Below are positions 30,818-41,208 of a stretch of 64,000 bases of DNA, in pieces. Source of the DNA: an uncultured Actinomycetota bacterium (lineage in GTDB: Bacteria; Actinomycetota; Actinomycetes; Actinomycetales; Micrococcaceae); NCBI GenBank assembly GCA_963696225.1, contig CAVOJG010000007.1, positions 56,657 through 120,656 on the forward strand. Direction: 5' to 3'. Position numbers and translations under genes: made by a program. Under the pieces are notes generated by a model, which worked only from the letters and a program-made list of their open reading frames with translations, did not search any database and was not told where the DNA came from. Position 1 is the stretch's first letter. The number at the start of each line of letters is the position of its first letter.

Positions 30818-30863
30818 AAGCTAGCCGTGGTTCACTCATCATTGAGTGAACCACGGCTAGCTT
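30818..30863. terminator. Bidirectional terminator
   Basis: Perfect 21-bp stem AAGCTAGCCGTGGTTCACTCA / TGAGTGAACCACGGCTAGCTT. Confidence 0.85.
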
Positions 30864-30877
30864 GAATGCTCCGAAAA

Positions 30878-31342
30878 TTAGTCGTTGAGTTCTAGAACGA
30901 TCTCGGTGACAACTGCGGCGCGCGCGTTGGAGAAAATCTGCTCTGTGCCAACCTGCTTGAATCCGCGACGTTCCAAGACCTTCAGTGAACCAAGATTGTC
31001 CTGAACAACGTGAGCGGTCAACGGACGCTTGGTGAACTCTGCCAAGAAGGCGTCTACCGCGCTGGTGGTGATTCCCTTGCCCCAGAACTTGGTGGAGGTC
31101 CAGAAATTGATTTCTGGCTTCGCGCCATCAAAAACCAAGATTGATCCTGCGACTTCACCCTCGTGCTCGATGGTGCGAACCAGCACCGATTCGTCGTTGA
31201 GGATGGAACTCCAGTGGTGATCGAATACCGCACGGTCTGACGGATTACGCGCCTGGTATGCGGCCATGAGGTTCGCCTCGGGCTCTTGCTGATGAGCAAA
31301 GAAGGCGTCCAAGTCGGAAGGGCGGACTTCACGTAGTTGCAC
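30878..31342 (-). CDS. GNAT (RimJ/RimL-like) acetyltransferase
   Basis: FWGKGITT and DNLGSLKVLERRGF. Confidence 0.88.
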   Translation of the reverse strand: MQLREVRPSDLDAFFAHQQEPEANLMAAYQARNPSDRAVFDHHWSSILNDESVLVRTIEHEGEVAGSILVFDGAKPEINFWTSTKFWGKGITTSAVDAFLAEFTKRPLTAHVVQDNLGSLKVLERRGFKQVGTEQIFSNARAAVVTEIVLELND

Positions 31343-31414
31343 GATAAAGACCTTTCTTTCGTGAGGTGGTACGCGCCCGATTGAGCGCGCCCAAAGATGT
31401 GTGGGACTTAGGTT

Positions 31415-32029
31415 CTAGACTACCGGGGATGTTAGTGCCGCGAGTGCCATATTGGACAGTAACGGTTTTAACCCTGATTTTTTGGTACGTGGTGAGTGTG
31501 CGGAGTGCGCCGTCGAGTTCAGCAGCCCGAAAACAGCATGAGCCCTGAAACGGTGCGATTGCGGAGTGCCGGTGGGGTGCATTTTGGCCAGCTGCTCGGT
31601 CCATAAAGAGATATAGCTATTTTGAAGTTTACGAACTAAAGCGAGTTCCGCCTTTGGCAATGACTTCAAATCCCGGTCCTGCACCTGAAGGATATCGGGC
31701 CGGGAAAGCGAAAAATCGGTGTGAAAGTCTACTAAACGTGACAGGACCTGAAGCGGATCCCCACCGTTTTCAGCAGCTTCCAGCCCGCCGGCGTAGATAT
31801 CTTTCGACATGTCCACGAGCAGAGAAATAAGCAATGCCTGCTTGCCTGCAAAATGCCGATACACCGCAGGGCCCGAAATGCCGCAGGCAGCGCCTAGGTC
31901 TTCCAGAGACACTCCTGCATATCCGTGCAACGCAAAGAGCCGGGTAGCTTCGCGCAGCAACGCGTCCCGGCGTTCTGCCTTGGCACGCTCGCGATCTGTT
32001 GGCTCAGTGAGAGATTGATATCTGCTCAA
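31415..32029 (-). CDS. TetR-family regulator (AccR-like, acyl-CoA catabolism)
   Basis: HTH LFALHGYAGVSLEDLGAACGISGPAVYRHF; C-terminal AHAVFGLLNST; AAGGAG RBS before TTG. Confidence 0.9.
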   Translation of the reverse strand: MSRYQSLTEPTDRERAKAERRDALLREATRLFALHGYAGVSLEDLGAACGISGPAVYRHFAGKQALLISLLVDMSKDIYAGGLEAAENGGDPLQVLSRLVDFHTDFSLSRPDILQVQDRDLKSLPKAELALVRKLQNSYISLWTEQLAKMHPTGTPQSHRFRAHAVFGLLNSTAHSAHSPRTKKSGLKPLLSNMALAALTSPVV

Positions 32030-32112
32030 TCCATTTACTCCTTAGGAACCCCGCCCACAACTGGACAACTATGATCTACGCCACTAATGTCAAAATGTAG
32101 GTAGAAAACACA

Positions 32113-32128
32113 GTTAATCAGAATTAAC
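32113..32128. promoter_or_regulatory. TetR operator palindrome GTTAAT-N4-ATTAAC
   Basis: GTTAATCAGAATTAAC between divergent tetR and acyl-CoA dehydrogenase; fits the GTTAA-N6-TTAAC site reported for Streptomyces AccR. Confidence 0.75.
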
Positions 32129-32241
32129 CATACGCGCCGGACTGTCAGCTTCCAAGGTATTGCGTCCGCGTTCCGTATAACCCGTCACCGCAGACGACAA
32201 CACAACGGTCGCCTCGGTGAGGACAACCTCGAAAGAAGAGA

Positions 32242-33402
32242 GTGCCCGTGATTGATCTCGAACTCGACGAACTGTACCAAGACCTGGTCGATGTCGTGCG
32301 TGAATTTGCCCAGCAAGTTGTTGCTCCTGTCAGCGCCAAGCACGATGCCGAACATAGTTTTCCGTATGACGTGGTCGCGCAAATGGGTGAATTGGGGCTA
32401 TTCGGTCTTCCGATCTCCGAAGAATACGGTGGATCTGGAGGCGACTACTTCGCTCTGGCTTTGGCACTAGAAGAACTAGGCCGCGTCGATCAATCAGTTG
32501 CTATTACTTTGGAAGCAGGTGTGTCCCTCGGCGCGATGCCGATCTACCGCTTCGGTAACGAAGAGCAAAAACAGCTCTGGCTGCCAGATCTAGCAGCTGG
32601 CAGGAAACTCGCAGGTTTCGGGCTGACCGAACCAGGCGCAGGTTCAGATGCTTCGGCTTCACGGACCAGGGCCAAAATCGAAGATGGCCAATGGGTTATC
32701 GACGGTTCGAAGGAGTTCATCACGAACTCCGGCACAGATATCACCTCTCTGGTCACGGTCAGCGCGGTAACTGGGGTGAACGAATCCACCGGCAAAAAAG
32801 AAATCTCCACAATCATCGTTCCGACCGGGACCGAAGGATTTACCGCGGAGCCTGCCTATAACAAGGTCGGTTGGCACGCCAGTGACACCCACCCGCTCAG
32901 CTTCAACGGTGCCAGGGTGCCAGAAGAAAATCTCCTCGGAGAACGTGGACGTGGCTACGCTTACTTCCTGGAGATTCTTGATGAGGGCCGCATCGCCATC
33001 GCAGCTCTGGCAACCGGTGCTGCTCAGGGCTGCCTTGATGAGGCAGTTGCCTACGCGAAGACCCGCCAAAGCTTCGGTGCAGCCATTGGCAAGAACCAGG
33101 GAATTTCGTTCATGATTGCCCGCATGGCTTCCCGGGTACACACTTCACGTCTGGCCTACTATGCCGCCGCCGCGAAAATGCTCGCCGGCAAAGACTTCAA
33201 GATCGAAGCCGCACACGCAAAACTCGTGGCCAGCGAAGCTGCCATGGACAACGCACGCGATGCGACCCAGATCTTTGGCGGATACGGATTTATCAATGAT
33301 TCTTTGGTGGCACGCCATTACCGGGACTCGAAGATCCTGGAGATCGGCGAAGGCACGACCCAAGTGCAACTGATGCTGATTGCCCGCAGCCTCGGACTGT
33401 AA
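32242..33402 (+). CDS. Acyl-CoA dehydrogenase (short/branched-chain)
   Basis: FGLTEPGAGSD, QIFGGYG, EIGEGT. Confidence 0.92.
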   Translation: MPVIDLELDELYQDLVDVVREFAQQVVAPVSAKHDAEHSFPYDVVAQMGELGLFGLPISEEYGGSGGDYFALALALEELGRVDQSVAITLEAGVSLGAMPIYRFGNEEQKQLWLPDLAAGRKLAGFGLTEPGAGSDASASRTRAKIEDGQWVIDGSKEFITNSGTDITSLVTVSAVTGVNESTGKKEISTIIVPTGTEGFTAEPAYNKVGWHASDTHPLSFNGARVPEENLLGERGRGYAYFLEILDEGRIAIAALATGAAQGCLDEAVAYAKTRQSFGAAIGKNQGISFMIARMASRVHTSRLAYYAAAAKMLAGKDFKIEAAHAKLVASEAAMDNARDATQIFGGYGFINDSLVARHYRDSKILEIGEGTTQVQLMLIARSLGL

Positions 33403-33416
33403 AAGTATGCCAGTAC

Positions 33417-33461
33417 TCGGGCCGGTGAATAACGCTTATCCGCGGTTATTCACCGGCCCGA
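33417..33461 (+). terminator. Intrinsic terminator
   Basis: TCGGGCCGGTGAATAAC...GTTATTCACCGGCCCGA followed by T-run. Confidence 0.85.
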
Positions 33462-33531
33462 ACTGTTTTTCTGATACTCCCATGGATTGGCACTTTGGGA
33501 CCTCACAGTTATAGCGACCATAATGGATTGG

Positions 33532-34746
33532 GTGAGCACCCAATCTTCTTTTAAAACTGCGGATGGTCCCCGCCGTGTCACACTGATCGGTTCTACCGGA
33601 TCAATTGGTACTCAGGGCCTAGACGTCATCAAGAATGCGCCAGAACAATTCAGCGTGGCAGCACTCAGCGGCGGCTACAACCTGGCACTGTTGGCCGAGC
33701 AAGCAGTCACCTTCCGCCCGGAGGTGGTTGGCGCCGCAGTGGAGAATATTGACGAACTGGCTACAGCGATATCTTCAGCCGCTCGTGCGGCAGGTGCGAC
33801 TGGCTATGCGCCACAGCTGCTCAGTGGAGCCGATGCTGCGACGCAGATAGCCGGATACAGCGAAACCGACGTAGTTCTCAACGGTATTACCGGAGCGATT
33901 GGGTTGGAACCAACAATTGCGGCGCTCCAAGCTGGGCATCTGCTGGCGCTGGCAAATAAAGAGTCGCTGATTATCGGCGGGCAAGTCGTTAACGGATTCG
34001 CGGCCCCCGGACAGATTTCTCCGGTCGACTCCGAGCATTCCGCGCTGGCTCAGGCACTGCGTTCTGGGACACCGGAAGAAGTTTCCAAATTGATTGTCAC
34101 CGCGTCAGGTGGCCCCTTCTTCGGTTATAGCTATGAACAGCTCCGCGAGGTGAGCCCAGCACAAGCATTGGCGCACCCAACGTGGGATATGGGACGCATG
34201 GTGACCACGAATTCGGCGACCATGGTCAACAAGGCATTGGAAGTTATCGAAGCCCACCTGCTCTTTGATGTGCCACTAGAGCGCATAGAACCCTTAGTCC
34301 ACCGCCAATCCATTGTGCATTCAATGGTTGAGTTCATCGACGGTTCGGTGATAGCGCAAGCTTCGCCGCCGGATATGCGTCTGGCAATTGCGCTGGGCAT
34401 CAATTGGCCACACCGCGTCGCTGGCGCCGCAAAACCCTGCGATTTTTCCACCGCGTCCTCATGGACCTTTGAACCATTGGACGAGTGGGTGTTTACCGCG
34501 GTGAAGCTGGCGAAACAAGCAGCTGCTGCCTCCGGCACCCACATGGCTGTGTACAACGCCGCTAATGAGGTCGCCGTTGAAGCTTTCCATGAAGGCCGGA
34601 TTCGTTTCACAGATATTGTTGAAACCATTGACCGAGTGCTTGAAGCTTATACGCCGGTGAATGCGGAGCTTTCGGCTGAAGTAGTTCTCCAGACAGATCA
34701 GTGGGCACGCGCCCACGCCACCAAGTTGCTGAAGGAAAAAGCATGA
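33532..34746 (+). CDS. dxr: 1-deoxy-D-xylulose 5-phosphate reductoisomerase
   Basis: [37 protein letters not shown]. Confidence 0.97.
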   Translation: MSTQSSFKTADGPRRVTLIGSTGSIGTQGLDVIKNAPEQFSVAALSGGYNLALLAEQAVTFRPEVVGAAVENIDELATAISSAARAAGATGYAPQLLSGADAATQIAGYSETDVVLNGITGAIGLEPTIAALQAGHLLALANKESLIIGGQVVNGFAAPGQISPVDSEHSALAQALRSGTPEEVSKLIVTASGGPFFGYSYEQLREVSPAQALAHPTWDMGRMVTTNSATMVNKALEVIEAHLLFDVPLERIEPLVHRQSIVHSMVEFIDGSVIAQASPPDMRLAIALGINWPHRVAGAAKPCDFSTASSWTFEPLDEWVFTAVKLAKQAAAASGTHMAVYNAANEVAVEAFHEGRIRFTDIVETIDRVLEAYTPVNAELSAEVVLQTDQWARAHATKLLKEKA

Positions 34747-36089
34747 ACGTACTAATGTTCCTTGGCGGCGTGCTCTTCATGGTCGTTGTCATTGCCTTAT
34801 CGATTGCTCTGCACGAGGTGGGACATTTGATTCCCGCCAAGAAATTTGGATTGCGTGTTCCGCAATACATGATTGGCTTCGGCAAAACGATCTTCTCGTT
34901 CAAGCGAGGAGAAACCGAATACGGGCTCAAGGCGCTGCCCCTAGGCGGCTACATCTCCATGGTGGGCATGTATCCGCCACGTCCGGCCACTGAAGCCGGG
35001 AAGCAGAAGAAACCAGGATTCTTTAACAAGATCTTTGGCCAGATGGTGGATGATGCCCGCTCGCAAGCCAACGAAAATGTACAAAGCAGCGACGAAGGGC
35101 GACTTTTCTACCAGCTGCCCATTTACAAGCGCGTCATCATCATGCTCGGCGGTCCGTTCGTAAACCTCTTGCTAGGATTCTTGCTCATTGGTGTGGTGAT
35201 TACCGGACTTGGCGTTCCCACAACAACCACGACAGTTTCCGAGGTGTACCAGTGCATTGCAAGCGCCGAAAATGCGGATGCAACCGAATGCACGGCTAAG
35301 GACACCGAGGCTCCCGCCTACGCCGCTGGTTTGCTACCGGGGGACACCATCACTTCGGTCAACGGGACCGCCGTGGCTCACGACGCGTGGTACGAGCTCA
35401 CCGGAGTAATTCGTGATCATCCTGGTCAGAGCGTTGGCCTGACGTATACCCGCGGAGGAGTGGAGCACCAGACCACACTCAAGCCATATTTGACCGAACG
35501 CCCGGTGCTAGATGACCAGGGTTACCCGGTTACTGATGAAAACGGCACCATGAAAACTGCGCAGGTCGGCTTCGTGGGAATGAGCTCGCAGGTAGAGAAT
35601 ATAGCTCAACCAGTGACCGAAGTTCCTAGTGTGGTGGGAAACCAGTTGCTGACGATTGGCAACGTTATTTTGCATCTACCGCAACGCATGGTTGACGTTG
35701 CGCAGGCCGCTTTCGGTACGGAAGAACGAGACCCAAACGGTCCGGTTTCTATTGTGGGTGTGGGTCGTATCGCCGGTGAAATCAACGCCCACGAAGGAAT
35801 CGCGATGGGGGACAAGATTGCCTCTCTGCTTTCCCTAGCGGGCGGATTAAACCTCGCGCTGTTCGCGTTTAACCTCATTCCGTTGCTACCCCTAGACGGC
35901 GGGCATGTGATTGGTGCCTTATATGAGGGTGTGAAGCGAACCGTGGCACGCATCTTTGGCCGCAAAAATGTGGCTCCGGTAGACACCATTAAGTTGTTGC
36001 CTCTCACCTACGTGGTGGCGGCAGCAATGTTGCTGATGGGCGGCCTCTTAATATACGCGGACATTTTCAAACCAATAAGCATCTTCTAG
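34743..36089 (+). CDS. rip1: M50 site-2 metalloprotease with PDZ domain (Rip1/RseP)
   Basis: HEVGH and [11 protein letters not shown]; located between dxr and ispG. Confidence 0.93.
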   Translation: MNVLMFLGGVLFMVVVIALSIALHEVGHLIPAKKFGLRVPQYMIGFGKTIFSFKRGETEYGLKALPLGGYISMVGMYPPRPATEAGKQKKPGFFNKIFGQMVDDARSQANENVQSSDEGRLFYQLPIYKRVIIMLGGPFVNLLLGFLLIGVVITGLGVPTTTTTVSEVYQCIASAENADATECTAKDTEAPAYAAGLLPGDTITSVNGTAVAHDAWYELTGVIRDHPGQSVGLTYTRGGVEHQTTLKPYLTERPVLDDQGYPVTDENGTMKTAQVGFVGMSSQVENIAQPVTEVPSVVGNQLLTIGNVILHLPQRMVDVAQAAFGTEERDPNGPVSIVGVGRIAGEINAHEGIAMGDKIASLLSLAGGLNLALFAFNLIPLLPLDGGHVIGALYEGVKRTVARIFGRKNVAPVDTIKLLPLTYVVAAAMLLMGGLLIYADIFKPISIF

Positions 36090-36113
36090 CCTTGAAAGAA
36101 ATAAGCTTTAGCC

Positions 36114-36413
36114 ATGACTGTTTTTGCTGTTGAATACGAGTATGCGCAGGATTCTACGGAACTGCGCAACGAGCACCGTCCGGCCCACCGAGCTTTCCTT
36201 ACTGAGTACTTGGGGGAGGGCAGCGTTCGACTGCTGGCCTCTGGTCCCACTCCGGTACTTGACGGTGCGTTGCTGATATTTGTCGCGGCGAGCGAAGAAG
36301 CTTTAAAAGAAGTACTAGCCCTTGATCCGTTCAACAAAGTCGGTGGCCTGGCCAAGGTAAGTATCACCGAATGGAATCCGGTTATTGGTCTGCTTTCCGA
36401 GTTCGCTTCCTAA
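36114..36413 (+). CDS. YciI-family protein
   Basis: HRPAHRAFL, ASGP, GALLIF, DPF. Confidence 0.85.
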   Translation: MTVFAVEYEYAQDSTELRNEHRPAHRAFLTEYLGEGSVRLLASGPTPVLDGALLIFVAASEEALKEVLALDPFNKVGGLAKVSITEWNPVIGLLSEFAS

Positions 36414-36426
36414 CCCAAATTTGTGG

Positions 36427-36465
36427 CAAAAACCCAACGATTGCTTGTGCAACGTTGGGTTTTTC
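36427..36465. terminator. Terminator hairpin
   Basis: AAAAACCCAACG...CGTTGGGTTTTT. Confidence 0.75.
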
Positions 36466-36631
36466 CATAGGAGACGTTGCCGCGGCGCGCAAACAATGCC
36501 GTGGATGCTTTCATCGGTCTAGTGCTTCATGTCACGTAAGGCTTCGGAATTGAATTGGAGAACTGCTCGTTGGAATAGATGAAGCGTCAGCTTTATCTAC
36601 TTTTCGATTCGCAAAATAGGAGCAACATAAT

Positions 36632-37186
36632 ATGGCTACTAAGGTCCTTACCCTGGTTGGTTCCCTTCGTGCAGGTTCAACAAATCAGCAGCTTGCTGAA
36701 GCAACCGCATTGAACTCACCAGAAGGCGTTGAAGTCAGCGTTTACTCGGGCCTTGAAAGCCTTCCGTTTTACAACGAAGATCACGATGTTGAAGGTGCTG
36801 TGCCAGCAGCAGCTCAGGCGCTTCGCGATGCAGCCGGTGAAGCAGACGCACTCCTGCTGATTTCCCCGGAGTACAACGGCACCATGCCAGCGGTACTGAA
36901 GAACGCCATCGATTGGCTGTCCCGTCCTTTCGGTACTGGTGCCGTGAAGGACAAGCCATCTGCCGTCATCGGTACCGCATTCGGCCAGTACGGCGGAGTA
37001 TGGGCCCAGGATGAGGCTCGCAAAGCACTGACTATCGCTGGAGCAAACGTTTTAGAAGACGTTAAACTTTCCATCCCTAACTCCGTTGTTCGTTTTGCTG
37101 AACTTCACCCGAAGGATGACGCCGAGGTTGTTGGGCAGGTTGCCGAAGTGCTGGCAAACATTCGCACGGTAGCCGAAGCCAACTAA
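36632..37186 (+). CDS. NAD(P)H-dependent FMN reductase
   Basis: GSLRAGS and PEYNGTMPAVLKNAIDWLSRP. Confidence 0.92.
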   Translation: MATKVLTLVGSLRAGSTNQQLAEATALNSPEGVEVSVYSGLESLPFYNEDHDVEGAVPAAAQALRDAAGEADALLLISPEYNGTMPAVLKNAIDWLSRPFGTGAVKDKPSAVIGTAFGQYGGVWAQDEARKALTIAGANVLEDVKLSIPNSVVRFAELHPKDDAEVVGQVAEVLANIRTVAEAN

Positions 37187-37205
37187 GCTTTTATCCGTGA
37201 ATTTT

Positions 37206-37240
37206 CGAGAAAAGCCATGGCTTCGCCGTGGCTTTTCTCG
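37206..37240 (+). terminator. Terminator hairpin
   Basis: CGAGAAAAGCCATGGC-TTC-GCCGTGGCTTTTCTCG. Confidence 0.8.
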
Positions 37241-37314
37241 CATCCTTACCACTAGCACGCCAGACGGTGCGATACTTGGTATAGAAAAACCTACAATCAC
37301 TTCGGAGGCATCCA

Positions 37315-38481
37315 TTGACTTCGGTCAAACTCGGCATGCCGGCGGCACCACCGCCGGTAATCACTCCACGTCGTAAGACTCGTCAGTTCAATGTGGGCAG
37401 TGTGGGCATCGGTTCGAACTCGCCCATCAGCGTACAGACGATGACTACCACCAAGACTTATGACATCAACGCAACATTGCAGCAAATCGCTGAGGTGACG
37501 GCCGCCGGTTGCGATATCGTGCGTGTCGCATGCCCGACCGATAAAGATGCCGAGGCGTTGCCGATTATTGCGATGAAATCGCAGATCCCGGTTATTGCTG
37601 ACATCCACTTCCAGCCGAAGTATGTTTTTGCTGCGATTGAGGCCGGCTGCGGAGCTGTTCGTGTAAACCCGGGCAACATCCGCAAGTTTGATGATCAGGT
37701 CAAAGAAATCGCAGCTGCTGCGAAAGATCACGGTACGTCGATCCGCATCGGTGTCAACGGTGGATCGCTTCACCCTAAACTGCTGAAAAAGTACGGCAAG
37801 GCGACCCCAGAAGCATTGGTTGAATCAGCCATTTGGGAAGCTTCCCTCTTTGAAGAGCATGGGTTCCACGACTTCAAGATTTCGGTTAAGCACAGCGACC
37901 CGGTCATCATGGTTCGCGCCTACGAGCTTTTGGCTGAATCTGGAGATTGGCCACTGCACCTAGGTGTAACCGAAGCTGGTCCTGCTTTCCAAGGAACTAT
38001 CAAGTCCTCAGTGGCCTTCGGTTCCTTGCTCTCGCGTGGCATTGGTGACACTATTCGTGTCTCGCTCTCGGCCCCACCGGTCGAAGAGGTCAAGGTGGGC
38101 AATCAAATTCTTGAATCGTTGAACTTGCGTCCGCGTAAGCTCGATATTGTTTCCTGCCCTTCGTGTGGTCGTGCACAGGTAGATGTTTACACCTTGGCTG
38201 AAAAGGTCACTGCTGGTCTAGAAGGCATGAAAGCTCCACTGCGCGTTGCAGTGATGGGTTGCGTTGTCAATGGCCCAGGCGAGGCTCGTGACGCTGACCT
38301 CGGGGTAGCCTCGGGCAACGGCAAGGGACAGATCTTCGTCAAGGGCGAGGTCATCAAGACCGTCCCAGAAGACCTGATCGTCGAGACGCTCATTGAAGAA
38401 GCTAATCGTTTAGCTGCACAGATGGATCTGGACAATGACGAGAATCCTACCTCGGGTTCTCCCGTGGTCTCCGTCAGCTAG
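37315..38481 (+). CDS. ispG: HMBPP synthase
   Basis: [35 protein letters not shown]. Confidence 0.97.
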   Translation: MTSVKLGMPAAPPPVITPRRKTRQFNVGSVGIGSNSPISVQTMTTTKTYDINATLQQIAEVTAAGCDIVRVACPTDKDAEALPIIAMKSQIPVIADIHFQPKYVFAAIEAGCGAVRVNPGNIRKFDDQVKEIAAAAKDHGTSIRIGVNGGSLHPKLLKKYGKATPEALVESAIWEASLFEEHGFHDFKISVKHSDPVIMVRAYELLAESGDWPLHLGVTEAGPAFQGTIKSSVAFGSLLSRGIGDTIRVSLSAPPVEEVKVGNQILESLNLRPRKLDIVSCPSCGRAQVDVYTLAEKVTAGLEGMKAPLRVAVMGCVVNGPGEARDADLGVASGNGKGQIFVKGEVIKTVPEDLIVETLIEEANRLAAQMDLDNDENPTSGSPVVSVS

Positions 38482-39322
38482 ACAGAGTCCACCGGGGGAA
38501 GTCCGGGTCTTGGGCCGCAGGGACACTGCGGCCCTACTCGCATTGCTTGATCAAGACCCCGTCGCTAATATCTTCACCCGTTCCCAGCTTGCCCTGCACC
38601 GTTCTGCCGTCCCTGACGGATTCGCGCACCTGCTGGGTATCAACGACGAAGACGGATTGGAATCAGCCTGCTGGGTGGGGGCAAATATTGCGCCTACAGC
38701 CATGAGCGATGAACATGCTCGTGCCTACGCCCAATATGCGTTAGACACCAGACAACGCTTCGCTTCGGTCTTCGGACCAGCACAAACCGTTTTGGCTATG
38801 CGTGAAGTGCTTGCCACCGGCCCGCAAGATTTTTTTGACGTACGCGAAAATCAACCGATGATGTGTATCCGCCGCCGCTCTGAAGCGGTGGCGATACGTT
38901 CACTGCGTGTGGCTACTTTGCAGGACTTTGACCTTGTCTTACCGTCCAGCGCTGCAATGTTCGAAGAGGAGCTCGGTTATTCTCCGTTAGAAAACGGCGG
39001 AGGGTACTACCGCAGTCGGGTACGCCAGTTGATTCGTGAAGGACATACGCTCATCGATACTGATGAGTACGGTGAGATCATCTTCAAGGCGGATCTGGGC
39101 ACGGTCACCACAGCCGCAGTGCAGATCCAGGGAGTGTGGATCAGCCCCCGATACCGCGGACAGGGCCTGTCCTCTGGATATATGGCGGCCACGGTTGCCT
39201 ACGCCCTGCGATTTGCTCCAACAGTCAGTCTCTATGTCAACGACTTCAACCAACCTGCTATCAGGTCCTATGAACGTGTTGGTTTTGAGCAGGTTGGAAC
39301 TTTTGCAACCATCCTCTTCTAG
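38435..39322 (+). CDS. GNAT acetyltransferase (DUF4081-type) downstream of ispG
   Basis: [31 protein letters not shown]. Confidence 0.88.
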   Translation: MTRILPRVLPWSPSARQSPPGEVRVLGRRDTAALLALLDQDPVANIFTRSQLALHRSAVPDGFAHLLGINDEDGLESACWVGANIAPTAMSDEHARAYAQYALDTRQRFASVFGPAQTVLAMREVLATGPQDFFDVRENQPMMCIRRRSEAVAIRSLRVATLQDFDLVLPSSAAMFEEELGYSPLENGGGYYRSRVRQLIREGHTLIDTDEYGEIIFKADLGTVTTAAVQIQGVWISPRYRGQGLSSGYMAATVAYALRFAPTVSLYVNDFNQPAIRSYERVGFEQVGTFATILF

Positions 39323-39409
39323 CCCATAAATACGGCTTCTGCCACCTTCTATGGTCACAATCCGTGATGAGCAGGCTCCCGTCTTCTAGACTCGAGGACA
39401 GCAACTATC

Positions 39410-40111
39410 GTGACGGGAAATTCTGTGGCTTTTGCCAGACGCACCAAACTCTACTTTGCCTCGGGGCTTTGCCTCGCAGGACTGCTGCTTAGCGGTTGCA
39501 GCACACCGGCTGAACCGAACGAGGAAACTTCCGGCGCCGCGTGGCAAATCAGCGCAGACGAACTTGAAAGTCAATTGAAGGAATTCGTCAAGGATGATCC
39601 GAAGGCAAAGGTCATTTCTGACGCGAAATTGCGAGAGAGCATCCCCGAAGCCCAAGCGTGGATTGAAGGGCTGAACGTTTCGCCGAGTAAATGCGGCGTC
39701 ACCTTTGCAGCCCCGGTCACTGAACAACTAGCAAAATCAAAAATGGCAGCGGTACAGTTTGATGACCGATACCTAACTGTGGCCGTCTACCAGGATATCC
39801 AAGCACTAAAAAATCAGTGGGAAAGCGAAGCTAAAGCCAGTGCTGAATGCGCTAGATACTCGGTCACCAGTGATGGAAAAACACGTGCTTATCATTTGGC
39901 GAAACAGTCTTTGAAGACCAAATCCGAGCTAAACGACGCATATGTAGTTACCAGCAGTGACGGATCGACGACGCAACAGCAACTGGTAATCCGTGCCGCG
40001 CGTGGCAACGTCATGATTGGTTTCCAGCAGGAAACCTCGGCGAAGCAGACTCAAGAACAACTTCAACATGGCGCAGAACGTATAGACGCGTTGTTTGAGG
40101 AACTCAAATAG
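39410..40111 (+). CDS. Lipoprotein, paralog 1
   Basis: Lipobox LSGC; mature-domain Cys pair (VSPSKC / ECARY). Confidence 0.8.
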   Translation: MTGNSVAFARRTKLYFASGLCLAGLLLSGCSTPAEPNEETSGAAWQISADELESQLKEFVKDDPKAKVISDAKLRESIPEAQAWIEGLNVSPSKCGVTFAAPVTEQLAKSKMAAVQFDDRYLTVAVYQDIQALKNQWESEAKASAECARYSVTSDGKTRAYHLAKQSLKTKSELNDAYVVTSSDGSTTQQQLVIRAARGNVMIGFQQETSAKQTQEQLQHGAERIDALFEELK

Positions 40112-40179
40112 CCTTTTGGCTTCATGAAAAATTTTACTCCCGCCCGGCTGCACACCGAGGCGCATTCTAAGGATGGCCC

Positions 40180-40914
40180 ATGACTAAACGTTCCCTATGG
40201 ATACTTCCTCTGGCCGGGATGCTGGCCCTGAGCGCTTGTTCCTCAAACGGTGGCGACGATGCAGCATCCTCTGCACCGGTCTCCCAGCCGTCGCAGCAAC
40301 AAGTACCGAATTCAGGTAAGACGCTGTCACCGGATCAGGTTAAGAACGTGGTCACTAAGCTGGTGGGGGATGACTCCTCAGCCCAGATCTTGGATAACGA
40401 GGTGATGAAACCCCAGTTGGAACAGGCTAAGAACATGTCGGGTGCGAGTGGAATCAAACCTGAGAAATGTGCTGAAGAGCAGGAAAAATACAGCGTCACC
40501 GATCTAACGGGGACCGTAGCGGCTTCTGCCACAGTCCAAGGTGATGCTACCGGTAAAGTAATCCAGATTTTCTCCATTACCGATGACGCGACGCGCGCCA
40601 AGATTTCAGATGCCTTGAAGTTGCCTAATATCGATGGCTGCGAAAGCATCACGGTGAACGTTTCTGGGCAGGATGTCAGCGCGGACAGGCAGATCCTGAA
40701 GCTTGATTCCACTGCGAATCAGTCGTTGACGATGGCTACACAGATGAAAGTCGGGGCGGAACAGCACTTGAATTCCGTCGCGGTTCAAGCACTTGAAGGA
40801 AACAACTTCGTACTGGTGACTTTCTCTAGCGGTACTGTGGAAGCGCCGTTGCTAGCCGGTGAAGCTATGCAACTAGCGGATCAAGCATTTGAGGAAATCA
40901 AAGCACTGCAATAA
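40180..40914 (+). CDS. Lipoprotein, paralog 2
   Basis: MTKRSLWILPLAG...LSAC; IKPEKC / GCESI. Confidence 0.85.
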   Translation: MTKRSLWILPLAGMLALSACSSNGGDDAASSAPVSQPSQQQVPNSGKTLSPDQVKNVVTKLVGDDSSAQILDNEVMKPQLEQAKNMSGASGIKPEKCAEEQEKYSVTDLTGTVAASATVQGDATGKVIQIFSITDDATRAKISDALKLPNIDGCESITVNVSGQDVSADRQILKLDSTANQSLTMATQMKVGAEQHLNSVAVQALEGNNFVLVTFSSGTVEAPLLAGEAMQLADQAFEEIKALQ

Positions 40915-41173
40915 ATGCGAAGTACTCTTTTATTTCTAACCTATGTCCAAATAGAGAAGTTGAGTCAGTAACCTGTTAGACACTTCGCGCGTGAATAAAC
41001 TACTTTGGGTACTCCTGCTGTACCCGATGCTTGTATTCGGTTTATTCAGGGAGGCCCACGCACCTTTTTAAGTGGAGGGTTGTGCCCGCCGAAGCAGTGA
41101 AGCGTTTGACGAAATCAAATCGGTGCAATAAACCAGCGGATGTCTTTTATTTCTAACCAATATTCAAATACAG
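40883..41173 (+). repeat. Imperfect 74-bp direct repeat (40883-40956 and 41100-41173)
   Basis: Ungapped alignment 57/74 by hand count, shared core TCTTTTATTTCTAACC; copy 2 encodes AFDEIKSVQ* versus AFEEIKALQ* of paralog 2. Confidence 0.85.
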
Positions 41174-41208
41174 TGGAACCGACAGCTACTCGACGTGAGG
41201 ATTGAATC

